Positions 1-12,730 are shown, counted from the first letter of the stretch. The stretch: DNA of 64,000 bases from Carcharhinus longimanus (GCA_030264375.1 JASCQW010000156.1:12262158-12326157); one strand, 5' to 3'. Notes: a model not told the origin generated them from the letters alone. A program made the numbers and translations.

Positions 1-234
1 TCTCTGGCCCTTTCTACCACTGGAAACTGTCTGGTTCTATCAACCCTGTTCTAATTCTTTTATGATTTTAAATACTTATGTTTTGTGGTTCCCAGAAGTT
101 TGAAATAATGACACTTTTAGACACAAATACTGGAGTTAACGTCAACTGTTATTCTTGATGCTCGCCATGTGGACAGTGAAATGATACTTTGTTTCTTTGG
201 AGTACTGACTGTAGTGCAATAGTAAGAGACATGT

Positions 235-405
235 CGTTTTGGGTTTGCATGTACACAAGTGGTTAGGTTGATTGGCCATAACAAATTGCCCCTTAGTGTC
301 AGGGGGATTAGGGCTGTAAATATGTAGGGTTATGTGGATGGGATCTGGGGGGATTGTTGTTGGTGCAGGCTGGATGGGCCAAATGGCCTCCTTCAGCACT
401 GTAGT
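235..405 (+). mobile_element. HE1-like SINE, 3' part
   Basis: ggttaggttgattggccat..aaattgcccc core and ggtgcaggctggatgggccaaatggcctcct..gcactgtag tail, shared with copies at 15082 and 17654. Confidence 0.75.
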
Positions 406-549
406 TTTTATGTGCATAACAATATACCTCCTACCTCTTTTCAAATAATATAACAATATATTTCTCTCTTTTAGAAAAATACTTCTCTGTATCAGTGCAA
501 CTATTCCAATCTTTTTTATTATGTCTAAATTAAAGAAGATTAACAATTG

Positions 550-2200
550 ACTTTTATAATTAAACCAAATACCTTAACAGTCTTTTATAGCTTGTTTTCT
601 CATGAAAACTATTTACAGTATCACTTAGTTGGTAGGATGTTGTGCCGCCATTTCATGAATTTGGTTTTCTTTGCTCTCAGTGATTAGTTGGTGTGTTGTA
701 CTGGCAACGATGTACATGTTGGTCCTGGTGTTGTAAGAGTTGTACTTGATGTTGTGTCACTTGTTGGTGGTGCTGTTGATGTTGCCTCACACATCAGTAA
801 TGTTATTGGTGTTGATGATTACCTTTTCTGCTTTTCAGTTCAGGTGTAAGTCAAATATTCCTTCTCATTTATTCCCAGTTTCAGTCTCTCTTTGATGTAT
901 GACCTTGCTGGCTTCAGATTTTCAGGATTGAATCCTGTGCATATACAGTTTATCCTTTCAACAGCTCAGGCAGTGATTTAGTGTGCTTGCTGTAGTGTTG
1001 ATTTCTTTCTACCTGTGCATCAGTTGAGTTATTGTCTTACTTTTTCCTGGTCATTTAGAGGTTGTATCTTGCTTAGCAACACTGTTTCATATTTTCTGCC
1101 ATTGAATACTTCTGCAGGTGATTTCATGTCAGCCTTGAGAGGTGTAGCTCAAAGTGACAATGAAGCAAGGTTTGGGTCTTCCTTTGTCTCTCGACATTTC
1201 ATGAGGTTTCTCTTGACCATTTGAATGTATCTTTTTGTGAAACCTTGTTCCCTTGGGTTATTTAGTGATGAGGTTGAACCCATATTGATCAGCAGATAAT
1301 TCTTTAAATTCCTTGGAGGTGAACTGAGTTCCATTTACCACATTATTTTTTTCAAGAATTCTTTTCCTGGCAAACAGAACTTGTATAGCTGAGATGATTA
1401 TAGTAACTCTCAAATATTCACCTTTCTGATAAAAGGGATCTTTGAGTAATAGGCTGTTACAATGAGATACCATTGTGGATTGTATATGAATAAGGCAGCT
1501 CCTACAGTATTTCATGGTTTAGGTGGTACTTCAGTAACTATGATATCATCTTTCTGTTGTGTATTTCTATACTTCTGACATGCAATGATGTAGCCACCAA
1601 ACTATAAGAAAACTCTGCAGAGCACAGCAATACTGCAGGGGTTACTCTTAAGGTTTCAAACTTATGATTTCACTCTGAAATACAAGCCAAGGTGACAAAT
1701 ACCCGAAAGCAGATACCCTATCTCATTTGTCACTTTATGAGAGATATAAGATAAAAGATCTAAGGGATGAATCTTTACATCTAGTGAACATAACACCACT
1801 GAAATTGAGTCAAAATGGAGTTGAAACCAACAAGGAAGAATTTTAAATGCTGCCTCAGTATGTAATCAAAAGATAGCCTGACAAGTTGTAGCAAACACAA
1901 CCAACAACAAGGCACTAATGATCAATCAGAGATAACATCTCATTGGACAGTGATGCTCTTTGGCCTGATGCAGAATCACCGTGCACAAAATGATGCAGAG
2001 AGAACACCTCCTGAAAATATATGAAGGCCTTGGAGACTCTCAGTGCTAGATCAGCAGCATGCTGGCTGACCTTCACAAGGACATGAAATGAACATCATTG
2101 AACTCTCTTTCAATGTTGGCATATCTGGTCTCAGCTGATTTTAGAGCTTTGGATGTGAATGCTATAGGATTCCCCTCTTGGACCAAGGGCACTGCCAGAA
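550..2200 (-). mobile_element. Decayed Gypsy LTR-retrotransposon pol (RNase H-integrase) with internal inversion
   Basis: Minus strand: VQEGNPIAFTSKALKSAETRYANIERE (RNase H, ~2101-2185), ACQKYR..EVPPKP (~1515-1585) and NGTQFTSKEFKE (integrase core, ~1300-1340). Segment 1592-2091 reads on the plus strand. Confidence 0.85.
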
Positions 2201-2299
2201 AAATTAATTAGTGCCTGAGAAATAGGAGACGTGACTCGCAGCATTGTTGTTGGTGGACTTTGCAGTGCTGGATCCTCACTTGGTTTATTGCCACCAACT

Positions 2300-2746
2300 T
2301 CACCATCAACACAGCAATGGTTGATATATTCCCTGGCCAGCTGAATGGCTCTGTTCTTGAAATCCATGACAGCAGGGCAGTGCAGGGACCAGCGCTGGAG
2401 AGTGTGTTTCATGAGGCAGGGAGGGGGCAAGGGGGTGTACTGCTTTGAGGTGAGTGTCGGGAGACTGTTCAGGGAGAATGTTCAGGAGAGGTGTCCCATT
2501 TTTACTTTTTTGTATTGGGGCGACCTTTAAAAAAGGTGCCCCGATCTTTAATAATCTAGGTTGCTGGCAGGGCAGGCTCAATCAGAGTCGCCCCGCAAGT
2601 GTGACATTGCAGGACTTGTGCCTTGGATTTCTTTTTCAAAGATCCTAACAAAACATCAGAGAAGGCTGTCATTGGGCCTGGAGACTTCAACACCACTTTC
2701 CCCACCTGCTGCGATATCACGCATTAAAAAGATAGAATGCTGCCCT
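2300..2746. mobile_element. Non-autonomous DNA-transposon remnant (Harbinger-like end)
   Basis: Ends in gatagaatgctgccc, like the other GGGC..ATT termini here; internal hairpin ggggcgacctttaaaaaaggtgcccc at 2517-2542. Confidence 0.4.
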
Positions 2747-3121
2747 CAAATTTTTCTTTCTCTCTGGCATGAACTTGGGTTGATTTTTTTTCAATCTAAT
2801 TCAGCACTTATTTTGTTTACAATGCTCATGTAATACTCACAAACACCTGCTGCCACCACATTATGCCTTGTGGTTCTGAGAAATTCAAAATAATCTCACC
2901 TTTGGAAATAAATACTAAAGCTGACATCACTACAGCTATCCATGTGGGAGGTGGAATGATGCATTGCTGCTTTGGAAAATAGACTGTAATATTCTGAGTG
3001 ATGTGACTTTCTGGATAACAATATAGTTTCTAGTTCTTTTTGAATAACATAAGACAACACTTCTATTATATCTGCATTGTTCTAATGAACAAATCATTTT
3101 GTCAAGACTCTTCATATTTAT

Positions 3122-3310
3122 ATTTCACAGGTGCATACTGTTGCTGAGGTAGAGTTTCACAGGTGCCTACTTTTGTGGTGTTAGAGTTTCATGGGCACAC
3201 ACTGTTGCTAGGGTAGAGTTTCATGGGTGCCAACTGTTGCTGGGGTGGAAGTTCACTGGTGCACGCTATTGATGGGGTAGAGTTTCATGGACCACACTGT
3301 TGCTGGAGTA
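3122..3310. repeat. Degenerate minisatellite, ~32-bp unit, ~6 copies
   Basis: Repeating agagtttca(c/t)(a/g)ggtgca.actgttgctggggt. Confidence 0.85.
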
Positions 3311-3984
3311 AATAGCATCAACTTACTCAGTACGAATGGAAAGATCAAACCTGGAGTCTTTCTGTTTTGTGTAGTTCAGCAACAGCCTGAGTAGTGCAGT
3401 TACTCCATGAACCATCAGCAAAGGTATATTTTATGCTCAGGTCAAGTGTCACTCAAATCCAATGTTTGTCTGAGGAAGAAGCTGAAGATTATGTTCCAAA
3501 TGACTATGGTTTTCTTTATGCAGTCGCAAAGTATTCATGATAGTTCCTAATCCATCACGATTCAATAATAATGCAAAACCTAAACACAGAAGTTATCAAG
3601 CAGTGAAGAGTTGAACAAAATCACTCAGCACACACCCCGTCCTGCTTGGCTGCATTTGCCTCTATCCACTTAAATTTGATGCTATTTTTACAACTGTGTC
3701 CTATAGCATGACGCCAGTGGGATTATTTCACTCTGTGATGGTTTGAAATTTGACCATGAAGATCTATGAATGTGATACAGAGAGATCAGCATTCTCTCAC
3801 ATAACTAGAGTCAGTGGAATGTGAGTGATATTGGAGTGAATTTCTTATTTTCTAATTTAGTTTTGCCACTCCCTAAGGCCAGAACACCAATATCTCTGTC
3901 GAGACTTTTTTGTCACATTGACTAGGTCTCTGAGAATGAGATATGAATGACCTCCAAATCTTCCCCCTTTGCATAATTAATATT

Positions 3985-4400
3985 ATGTTTGCTCGCTTTC
4001 TGGCACTACAAAAACAATTTCTATTTCTATTAGCAGCATAGCCAAGCATTCCAAGGCACCTCACAAGGGCATAGTCAGACAAAAATTGACATCAAGCTAA
4101 AGAAGGGGATTTAGGATAAGTGCATAAAGGAGTTATCTAAATGAGAAGGAAGAGATGGAGAGGTTTTGGGAGGCCATTCCAGAGTTTAGGACCAAGTTGG
4201 TTGAATACACTTCCGCCAGTGGCAGAATGAAACATGTGAGGAATGCATAACAGGCTGGAATGTGGCTTGTAGGGCTAGAGAAAGTTAGAGATAGGGATGG
4301 GTGAGGCAATGGAGAGATCTGAGCACTCAGTTGGGAAGTTTTAAATTGACATATACTTACTCTGCCTGTCAGCCTGTTGTAAAGTGAGTTGAACAACCCA
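3985..4400 (-). mobile_element. L2-like LINE 3' remnant
   Basis: aaggaagagatggagaggttttgggaggccattccagagtttaggacc motif, paralleled at 7930-8230. Confidence 0.55.
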
Positions 4401-4874
4401 TGTGACCGCATTAAGAGCGATGTCTGGTAGGATGGGATCTGATCTGAGGTTACTTCTATATAATAAAGTTAGACAATTAGTTTGCACCATGCCAGAAGCC
4501 GAAGAACACATGGAGCTGCCTTAGTAGTCTAGAGTCTGACCATAATGGCCTGTTGAGGAAAGAAGCTCATGTGGGATGTTGGGCCCAGAACCCCAAAAAA
4601 TTTGTTTTGAGACCAATCCATGTGCAAAAAGAGGGGGATTGATATCTTATCAGAAAGAGTTTTCAAATTAGAAAGATATCAATAGCACTGCTTTCGGGAA
4701 AGGAAATCAACATTCTTTAAAGCTGACAATCAGTATTTGGTGTTAAAGGGATATCCATGGTAAAGCACTTCACTTAACTGGCTTACTCAAGAATCTTAGT
4801 GTTGTTATATACTACACACTCTCTGATATCTCCAGGACCTAGACACCCTCTTCTTTATACTTATTAGGGCAGTT

Positions 4875-5480
4875 CATAGAGTCTTACAGCATAAAAGATC
4901 ATTCATATCCATTCTGCCACACATTTGAAAGAGTTGATGTAGAAATCCCCTTTTGCAGTTCACTTGAAATAGACATGCATACTTTACTGTTAAATCTTAC
5001 AAGCCTGGTTCAATGTCTTAAAGCGGTTGTTAGATCCTTTTGAATGCTTCTCTTCCTTCACCTATGTTTCAGTGATACAATGACTATCTTGAATTTCATG
5101 TTCTCTTTTTGACTGCCCCTCCAATGTCAATTCCACAACACTTCATCCATTTTTGCTATTCTCCTTTCATGCTCTCTCAATTATTTAGACAAACTGTCTG
5201 ATACACTCTCCCTGCTCCTACATCCTCATTATGTAGAAATCAAGATGCATTACACTTCCTTCCATCCCAGCACAATCTTTGTTAATCTTGGTATTCTTTT
5301 AGTTATGTGATAGGGCAGATCCAGCTGACATATTAGCCATTCATCCTGCAATGTGTTTTTCACTTGTTGGTCCTACCCAATCAAATATTCACGATTCTGA
5401 CTTTTATGCTACGTTAGGTAATCCATCTCTCTCATGGAATGCCTTCTGGTCCTTGTTTTACCTCACTAGCTCTTGACTGA
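4875..5480 (-). mobile_element. Old CR1 LINE 3' remnant
   Basis: catagagtcttacagcataaaag start (reverse complement of a CR1 tail) followed by degenerate CR1 3' sequence. Confidence 0.5.
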
Positions 5481-5574
5481 CCTGTCAATGTCTCTCTGCC
5501 ATGCTCTTCTCTCTGTTCGAGACCACTTAACTCATCAGTCCCTTGCTGCTTTAGTGCACTCTGAATCACCGGCC

Positions 5575-5683
5575 CACCTGAGCCAAGACAGATCAGCCAT
5601 GATCTTATTGAATGGTGGGGCAGGCTCGAAGGGCTAGTTGGCCTACTCCTGCTCCTATTTCTTATGTTCTTACGTTCTTATGA
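5575..5683 (+). mobile_element. Short young CR1 3' tail
   Basis: cagatcagccatgatcttattgaatggtggggcaggctcgaagggctagttggcctactcctgctcctatttcttatgttcttacgttcttatg; reverse complement of 55915-55996. Confidence 0.8.
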
Positions 5684-7244
5684 CTCACTGATCCCTATCT
5701 GTTGTAATTTTTTCTTGTTGTCAGGTATTTTGTTTCATATAGAAGTATTTGAAGTTCTAGAGGGAGACAGAATGTGTTTGAGTGATATTATCAGAGTTTG
5801 ATGTGAGCATCCCACCCACAGTAATTTTATTTAAAATATGTTTTTAATATTGAACAAATGAACTTCATAATTGACTAAGGGATTGTGCTTCAACTCACAC
5901 CCCCACACAGAGAAGCTTTGAATGGCATATTGTTTTCTGGTATTCAGGAAAATGTACTCCTGTCCTCAGAGAGCTGAGTTGATTCCAAAAATCAGTTGTT
6001 CAAAATTAAATTCAAAAGCAATTGGAATATTTGGAATTACTTCAAGTTATGATTCAGAACAAAAGTGGTGCATAAGTTGGGGAACAGCAATGGGTTCACC
6101 GTGAAGCACATCACATACCTGAATGCCACCCAAAAATAAATTGTATGTAGAGGCAATGGGAAGCGGGTGGGGGCTGTTGTAGGGAGGGGTGAAAGGAGTA
6201 GGTGGGAATCGTAATGGGTGAAGAAAGCAAGATTATGACTGGAGGATTTAGGTAATGGATGAAAGACAGCAGTCAAGTGTTAAAATGTGGATTCGGGGGG
6301 AAGAGCCAAGAGAGATCAGGAGGGAGATTGGAAAACCCAAACCAGAAAGGCTGGCATTTACAGTATAGGGAAGAAATGGGCCAATAGAATTACATTGTAG
6401 ATTCTGGAGGAGTGGGGCATGGTACAGAGAAGGTCACCTTAAGGGTAGAGACAAGTCATGACAGCACTTGGGGCCTGCTGACTTGCAGTAGAAAAAATAA
6501 AGATTCCCAAAAGGAGCTAAACTAAGGCTGGGAGGAAAGGAGGTGAGGAGACAGCCATTGACATTGCAGGGATGAAAAACTTTCTTAAATGTTAAAAAGT
6601 CATTGCAAAATAGTTGAAAATGTGACTCCTCAAAGGGATGAAAGAAATGACTACCCAAAATGATGGGAGGAGAAGTTAAATAAGTACACTGGACAACACA
6701 AGCATCGTCTGTGGACAAGGATAGGCTGTGCAAGCAGACCTAGGCATACCATGGCCTGAAAAGCAGATAGAGTGAGGTATATTGCAGTGCTGCAGATAGC
6801 ACATTCTTGGCACAGTGCAGGCACAGACTGATGGAACAATGATTGCAACTACACATAATTGCTGCCTAGTTAGTGAATGATTGCAGTTTGTGTTTAGATT
6901 TTAGGACATACAAATTACATGACACTGGCTGGCTCTGTCAGCTTCATTTCCAGTGGTCTATTATTTCAAAAAAAATGTTTCTGTGGTTTAAGTTTAAATT
7001 GAGGATCTTCAAATATGCAGTGGTACACCAGGGCCAATACATCTCCACGTCCTTAGTAAATGAGACACTTTCCAACAAAGCAAACAGTGCGTCATACAAC
7101 TTTTTGACCTATCTGGAATTGCTTCTGCTTCAATTCAGAAAACTGAAATTCCTGACTGTATTTCCTGAAAGGTTGACACCTTTGCTCCCTTTATAACTCA
7201 TTGGGTGATTATACCACCTAGCATTATACCGATCTTTAGAGAGT

Positions 7245-7350
7245 AGTAAGTGCCTCAGTTCAATGCCTGGAGCTTGTTGCTAGTCTCATTCAGATGGGGT
7301 ATGCGATGCTTCAGTTGGCCTCAGTGTCTGGGAAAGGGGAGGAAAAAATT
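7245..7350 (+). mobile_element. LF-SINE-like remnant
   Basis: cagttggcctcagtgtctgggaaaggggaggaaaaa resembles the LF-SINE core as recalled; related to 22335 and 24575. Confidence 0.4.
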
Positions 7351-7929
7351 TTTATAAATTATCGGTCTTGTTGGAAGGAGAACATCCAGCAGTTAAAATT
7401 GTGCTTCAGAGCGAGAGGAAATCGGGGAGAGTTATGACAGTAGAACTAAAGGGAGATACAATAAAGAGCAATGTTGAAGGCCAGTCCAAGGCAACAATTT
7501 AGTGGTTAGTTTACTGGGAGTGAAGAACACTCAGTCAGGGTGATAAGGCATAGTATTAGGGAAAACAGCGTCAGGTGAATTTTTACAGGAAAGAAAAGTT
7601 GGAAATGCGAATCTGTGTGAAGAGAGTCAGAAACATGATGGCAAGATTTGAAGTGGATAAGAATAGTCACAGCTGGAGAGTCGTACTTAGCTATAGTCGT
7701 GCAGGACCACTGTAATTAGCTTAAATTCTATTAAAGCAGAAATAGTTATCCAGATGGTGTTTATTTGATGAGATCCAGTTTCCCAATTTTCTCACAGATC
7801 TCTAATTTACTGCCAGTGTGAACAAGCATAGTAGTGTAAAAGTGCACAAATGCCAGTCTCAGAAAACATAATTCGGAACAACTCTTTAGAAGAGGAGATA
7901 ATTGGGAATAAAATACTGATGCCTCAACA

Positions 7930-8230
7930 ATGACAATTTGAATTTATATTCACCTTTAACTTGGTAAAATATCCCAAGTTACTTGACAGAATTGTAACAA
8001 GACAAACAAGCAGCGATTAGCAGAAAGTCTTAAAGGAGGAGTAAGAGGTAGAGAGGCATTGAATTTGGGAACGAATCCCAGAGCTAGGGCCTAGATATCT
8101 GAAGGCACAATCTCTGGATTAAAGGAAGGTGGAGTTGGACAAGAGACCAGAGTTGAAGAAATGAAGAGTGTAGAGTTGAAGGAGGTTACAGACGTTGAGA
8201 ATGTAGAGAGCCTGGTGCAGTTTGAACATT
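7930..8230 (-). mobile_element. L2-like LINE 3' remnant just upstream of exon 2
   Basis: tttgaatttatattcacctttaac..gtaaaatatcccaag tail; gtcttaaaggagga..gaatcccagagctagggcctaga. Confidence 0.55.
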
Positions 8231-8318
8231 AAAATGTTGTTGTAAAAGGCACAAAAACATTTCAAGCTGTACAGTAAGTCTCCTCATTTTATTCTCTCTT
8301 TTTCCCCCCAATGTTCAG

Positions 8319-8668
8319 GTGACAGTGAGGTGGTAGATAACATGTATGAAACAGATCCTGAACCACCAGCTGGGGAGAGCGGAGAAGAAGAAACAGAAGA
8401 CAGCATCATGTCTCCAATTCCTGTGGGCCCACCATCCCCACTTCCCCCCAGCAATGAATTCACTCCAAAGGAAGGGTCCCCTTATGAAGCCCCTGTCTAC
8501 ATTCCTGATGACATTCCAATCCCACCTGACTTCGAGCTGAGAGAGTCTTCAGTCCCTGGAGCAGGATTAGGGATTTGGGCCAAGAAGAAGAATGAAGTAG
8601 GAGAGAAATTCGGTCCCTATGCAGGGATTCAGAGGGTGACACTAAAGGACCCAAACTTCGGATGGGAG
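8319..8668 (+). CDS. PRDM16: PRDM16 coding exon 2 (internal exon; N-terminal region and start of PR/SET domain)
   Basis: Pyrimidine tract plus ttcAG acceptor (8317-8318) and GAG|GTCAGT donor (8669). It translates (S)DSEVVDNMYETDPEPPAGESGEEETEDSIMSPIPVGPPSPLPPSNEFTPKEGSPYEAPVYIPDDIPIPPDFELRESSVPGAGLGIWAKKKNEVGEKFGPYAGIQRVTLKDPNFGWE. VVxNMYE and MSPIPVGPPSP point to PRDM16 rather than MECOM. The 350-nt length and phase 1 start/phase 0 end match the mammalian exon 2 as I recall it. Confidence 0.96.
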
Positions 8669-11600
8669 GTCAGTCATGTAATTGTTGATTTATTATTGTT
8701 CGTGATTGATTGGGCTCAGGGGTGCTACATGATTCAGACTAATGACATTTTTACCCTGACAATTTGTCACTGGCAATATCCCTACAATATTCCTACTAGT
8801 GCAAGCCTTCAGTATATATGATATAAACTCTATGCTTCTGACGGAGCCACAGCCCTAGTTTTCCACAGCAACCCTATGTCTGGGCCAGAGGAGAATAACA
8901 AGATAAAACAAAGAGGCAATGCTTTCAGATAATTTCAAAGTGGCTCTCATGATGTAACATCGCCAGTGTCAAATTCTATTGTTGCACCTAATGGATCCTA
9001 TTGGACTGTTGTCACGTGAGAAAATGTTAATTACGATCTTGTGCTTCTTTGAGGTCTAAGAGCAAGTCGAGGGCCTACCCTTACAGCCACAAATGGTGCA
9101 TTAGACAAACAGATTAAGGAAATGGGGAGAAAGTTGCTCAAAAACAGTAAGTCNNNNNNNNNNTGTATCATCAATTCTAAAGAATTGCACAGGGTACCTT
9201 TTTATTCTGTTTTTTATTGGATGTTTATGGTTGTTTTTAATAAGTCAATGTTTTTTCAAATGCATTTCACAACTTTCTCTTGCATGTTTGTGCAGATCTG
9301 AAAATTCAGATAATAGCTAAGTTATTGTAATATTGGTGCAATCGCTTAGCTAATGGTTTAGCTATGTTTGAAGGTAAAATCTGTAACTGGTAGTATGTAC
9401 TACTGGACATTTTCTTGTTCTGGTATTTGTGCTTATGATAACCAGAAGGAAAAACTGTTTCATACAAGCTTCATAAAAAATAAGATGTGACTGTTTTGGG
9501 AGTGACAGAACACTTCTGTCAAGTGTGTTTCCAGTATAGTGTTAGTATACTGCATGACCAGGAATCAGGTAATAATATACTCACTAAAGCACTTCTTCCA
9601 GTGAATTGTTGGATATTCTGCTTTATAATGGTGGGAGTCATGCCATATACTGGACAATATATTTGTTAGCTGATGAGAGACAACAGTTCATTTTAACTAG
9701 TATATCCCCAATGTAGAGCTATTCTGAGGCCAGTTAGAGGCTAATTGCTTGTAGGCATATCCAGGGGGTCAATCAGCAGTCAAAGGAAGCCAACTGGAAA
9801 TAACTGGCTTCATTTTTACAGTGTGGCACAAAACATTACATATGACAAAAGTGTGACAGAGTTATATTTGCAGTTCCCTGTGGCATTGCTCATGGTGAAT
9901 TGAAATATATGTTATTTTGTAGCTGTAAAGCTCTTAGCAATAAAGTGCAACAGTGGAAATATTACAGGAAGCAAGTGTGACACTTAGAGGATGTGCATGC
10001 TAGATGCAAGATTCATAATGCATTGTAGATTTGCAGTACTGTTATGGGACTTGGAAGGCATGCAACATACTGAGCCTCCATAGAATATAAATCAAGTGTC
10101 AGCATGTGTAAAACAGTTCTTGGATTCGAATTTATGCCTTGTTTTAATCTGACTAAAGTAATTTCATATTCCAATATCTTATTAACCTTATTGAAGAGTC
10201 ACCAGGATTTAAATCTAGTCTTTGTTATAACCTGATCGAAGAGCCTCCAGGATCCTGATCCAACCCTTGTATAATTTCACAGACGATGATTCCAAAGATG
10301 CTTGCCCAGTCCACATTTAATTGTGACTGAGTCAACTTCAGGATCCTGATCCAATGCATGTTTTAAGGCTGATTCTCACTTCTGTTGATAATGTAATCAT
10401 TATCAACATATTGTTTGGCATTTGTCGTTATGGAAGCATTTCCCTTTTTAAGAAAACAATGGCCAATGAGACAGAATTGAATGAATGGTTTTGTGTCTGC
10501 TTTGCCGCACAGTACCAGGATTGTCTTCAAAGAATAGCCATTGCGAGACTGTCCAATGAAAATGATGTAACATGGCTGAAGGTCATGTGACTATCAAACG
10601 TTGATCATTCACCACTGAAAGAAGATCAGTGCAGCTATATCACTTGGATAATGTTGTATTAATTCTTCTGCAAAAATAATATTTAATTGCAAGCTCAGCC
10701 CACCTGTGACATGTTTTAAATGACAAGCCAACACTTGCAGCAATGGTGAACTTTTATCATGGCTGCACTTTGACTGGGAAGATAAGGAACCAAACCATCT
10801 TACAGCATAGTGTTACCTGTACGTGAAGGCATCCAAATTGCCCTGTTTATAAAGAGCCATCACAATGGCAGGTCTACTTCTACAATTATCGTCATAACAT
10901 AAGTGGAGTAATGTGTAGTTCTTGTGTGTCTGTGCTACTTAGTTCTCAGTATCCATTATTTTCTGTATTCATCATTCTGGACTGTGTAGAGTAGCAGTTA
11001 TCATTCTAACAATCCTGAATATATGTTATTTCTTAGTATTTGTTCTTTGAACACTGTCTATGGATTCTCAGGATCAGCAAAAGCTTTGATCCTGGACACT
11101 GTTAGAAGGACGCTGATTCAGTTCTTTTCTAACGGAATTTGTTACTAATGGTGGTGGAGCCCTACATGCACCTGCTACCAATGGCACTACGACTGCAGAA
11201 AGGCCTTAACATTAGGTCTGAAATATTGCAGGGGGAAGGGAGACTTGCTGCCTTCAGGCACAGGAAGCTCCGAGGATTAATTTAGACCCATTCTACCAAG
11301 ACAGACAATTCAATCTACTGGATGCATAGCTTCAGGCTCTATCCATTCTCTGTCTATTCTTCTCCGACATAAATGTGTTTCACTAGTAATCGCCTATTTA
11401 AAAACCATTAAGTGGCTTTTATTGCAACATAATATTTCACTCACATTACTCAAAAGCTATTTAGATGAGGTTGCCTCTCTCCCTCAATAAGTTCAGGTGA
11501 AGCTGCAAAACAGTGTCAGTTCTGCAGCTAATGGATTCAGTCCATGTTAGTTTGAAGTAAATATCCTGTCTTACATTTTCCTGAACTTGATTAAGGGTCA

Positions 11601-12009
11601 TTCGATAAAATTGAAGCTATCACTTGCAAGACAAAAGAAAACTCCAATTTGTATTCCTAATGATAACAAAGAGATGTTATTTGGAGTGCAAAAGTTTTAG
11701 AAATGGTGCACCTCCTGAGATAATTGCTGCACTCCCAGGAGTCAGTGTTGCACCCACTTCTACCTTTGGTACACATGGATGATTGAGATTTGGATAGATG
11801 GAGCACAAAAATGTTAATGACATAAAAATAGGGGTTTAAAAACAGTGAGCAGAACTGTAAAAGATTTCAAGAGGAGAAAGGCAGATTGGTGAAGTTGGTA
11901 GAGAGGGGACAGATTCAATTTAAAGTGGACTTTTTTTATTTGTTCATGTGGTGTGGGCTTTGCTGGCAAGACCAGCACTTGTTGCTGTACGTAATTGCCC
12001 TTGGGAAGG

Positions 12010-12730
12010 TAAATGAACGCGTGGTAATAGATTTGAGAATAAAGAAGGAAAATGAGTGAATGCTCAATGAAAAGATGTGAAAAGGTCTGGGTGAACAGGT
12101 AGATTTAGATTCAAAATGCATAATTATCTAACAGTAAGAGCGCAGGTACATAAATCTGTAAAGAAGAATAATGGCATTTTGAGTTTTAAAACACGCACAG
12201 AGTAAAAGAGCAAAAATAAATAATACATTTGTACAAAGTTTTGCTTCAGTCATGATTAGCTTTTAATGTGTGAATTCAATGTGTAGCTATAAAGAGCGTA
12301 CATCATAGATTTAACAGGAATGGAAAACTTGATATAGGGGACTCCTTTTACTGGACCAGAGAAGGCTAAAAACAGATTTAATTAAGTTTTATAATTATTC
12401 AATGGTTTTGAATGAGTGACAGGGAAAGACAATTTTCTTTGGTTGGGGAATCAATTTCACAGGGCATCAAAACAAGATTGTCCCTAAGAGATTGAGGAAA
12501 ACTTAGCCAAAATTACTTTGAGGATTGTTGGAGCATAGAATGATTTACTGCAGGGAGTGGTTGAGGCAGTGACCATTGTATCTCCACGAGGACAGCTGGA
12601 AAAAATATCTGAAGCAGGGAAGGAACAAAGCTATGGAATAGGGTGAATGAGTGGGATTGGTTTTGGATTGCTGTGACAAAGTGGTGGCATTGATGCCATT
12701 GGCCAAATGGTCCTCTTTATGTGTAAACTT
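12010..12730 (+). mobile_element. Decayed CR1 LINE 3' region
   Basis: agagaaggctaaaaacagatttaat (RRL.GDL-like), gggagtggttgaggcag, tail tggccaaatggtcctcttt. Confidence 0.6.

Larger units (their letters stand above)
1..8318 (+). other. PRDM16: 3' part of PRDM16 intron 1
   Basis: Upstream of the exon 2 acceptor; no MRSKARARKLAK-type exon 1 seen; repeat-rich. Confidence 0.8.

Noticed and set aside
3122-3310. CRISPR-like array
   Set aside because: Units are contiguous and degenerate with no unique spacers; vertebrate context and no cas genes.
8330-8821. 163-aa ORF as a complete protein
   Set aside because: PRDM16 similarity ends at FGWE, exactly at a GT donor. The remainder is intron read-through and the GTG start is an internal Val.
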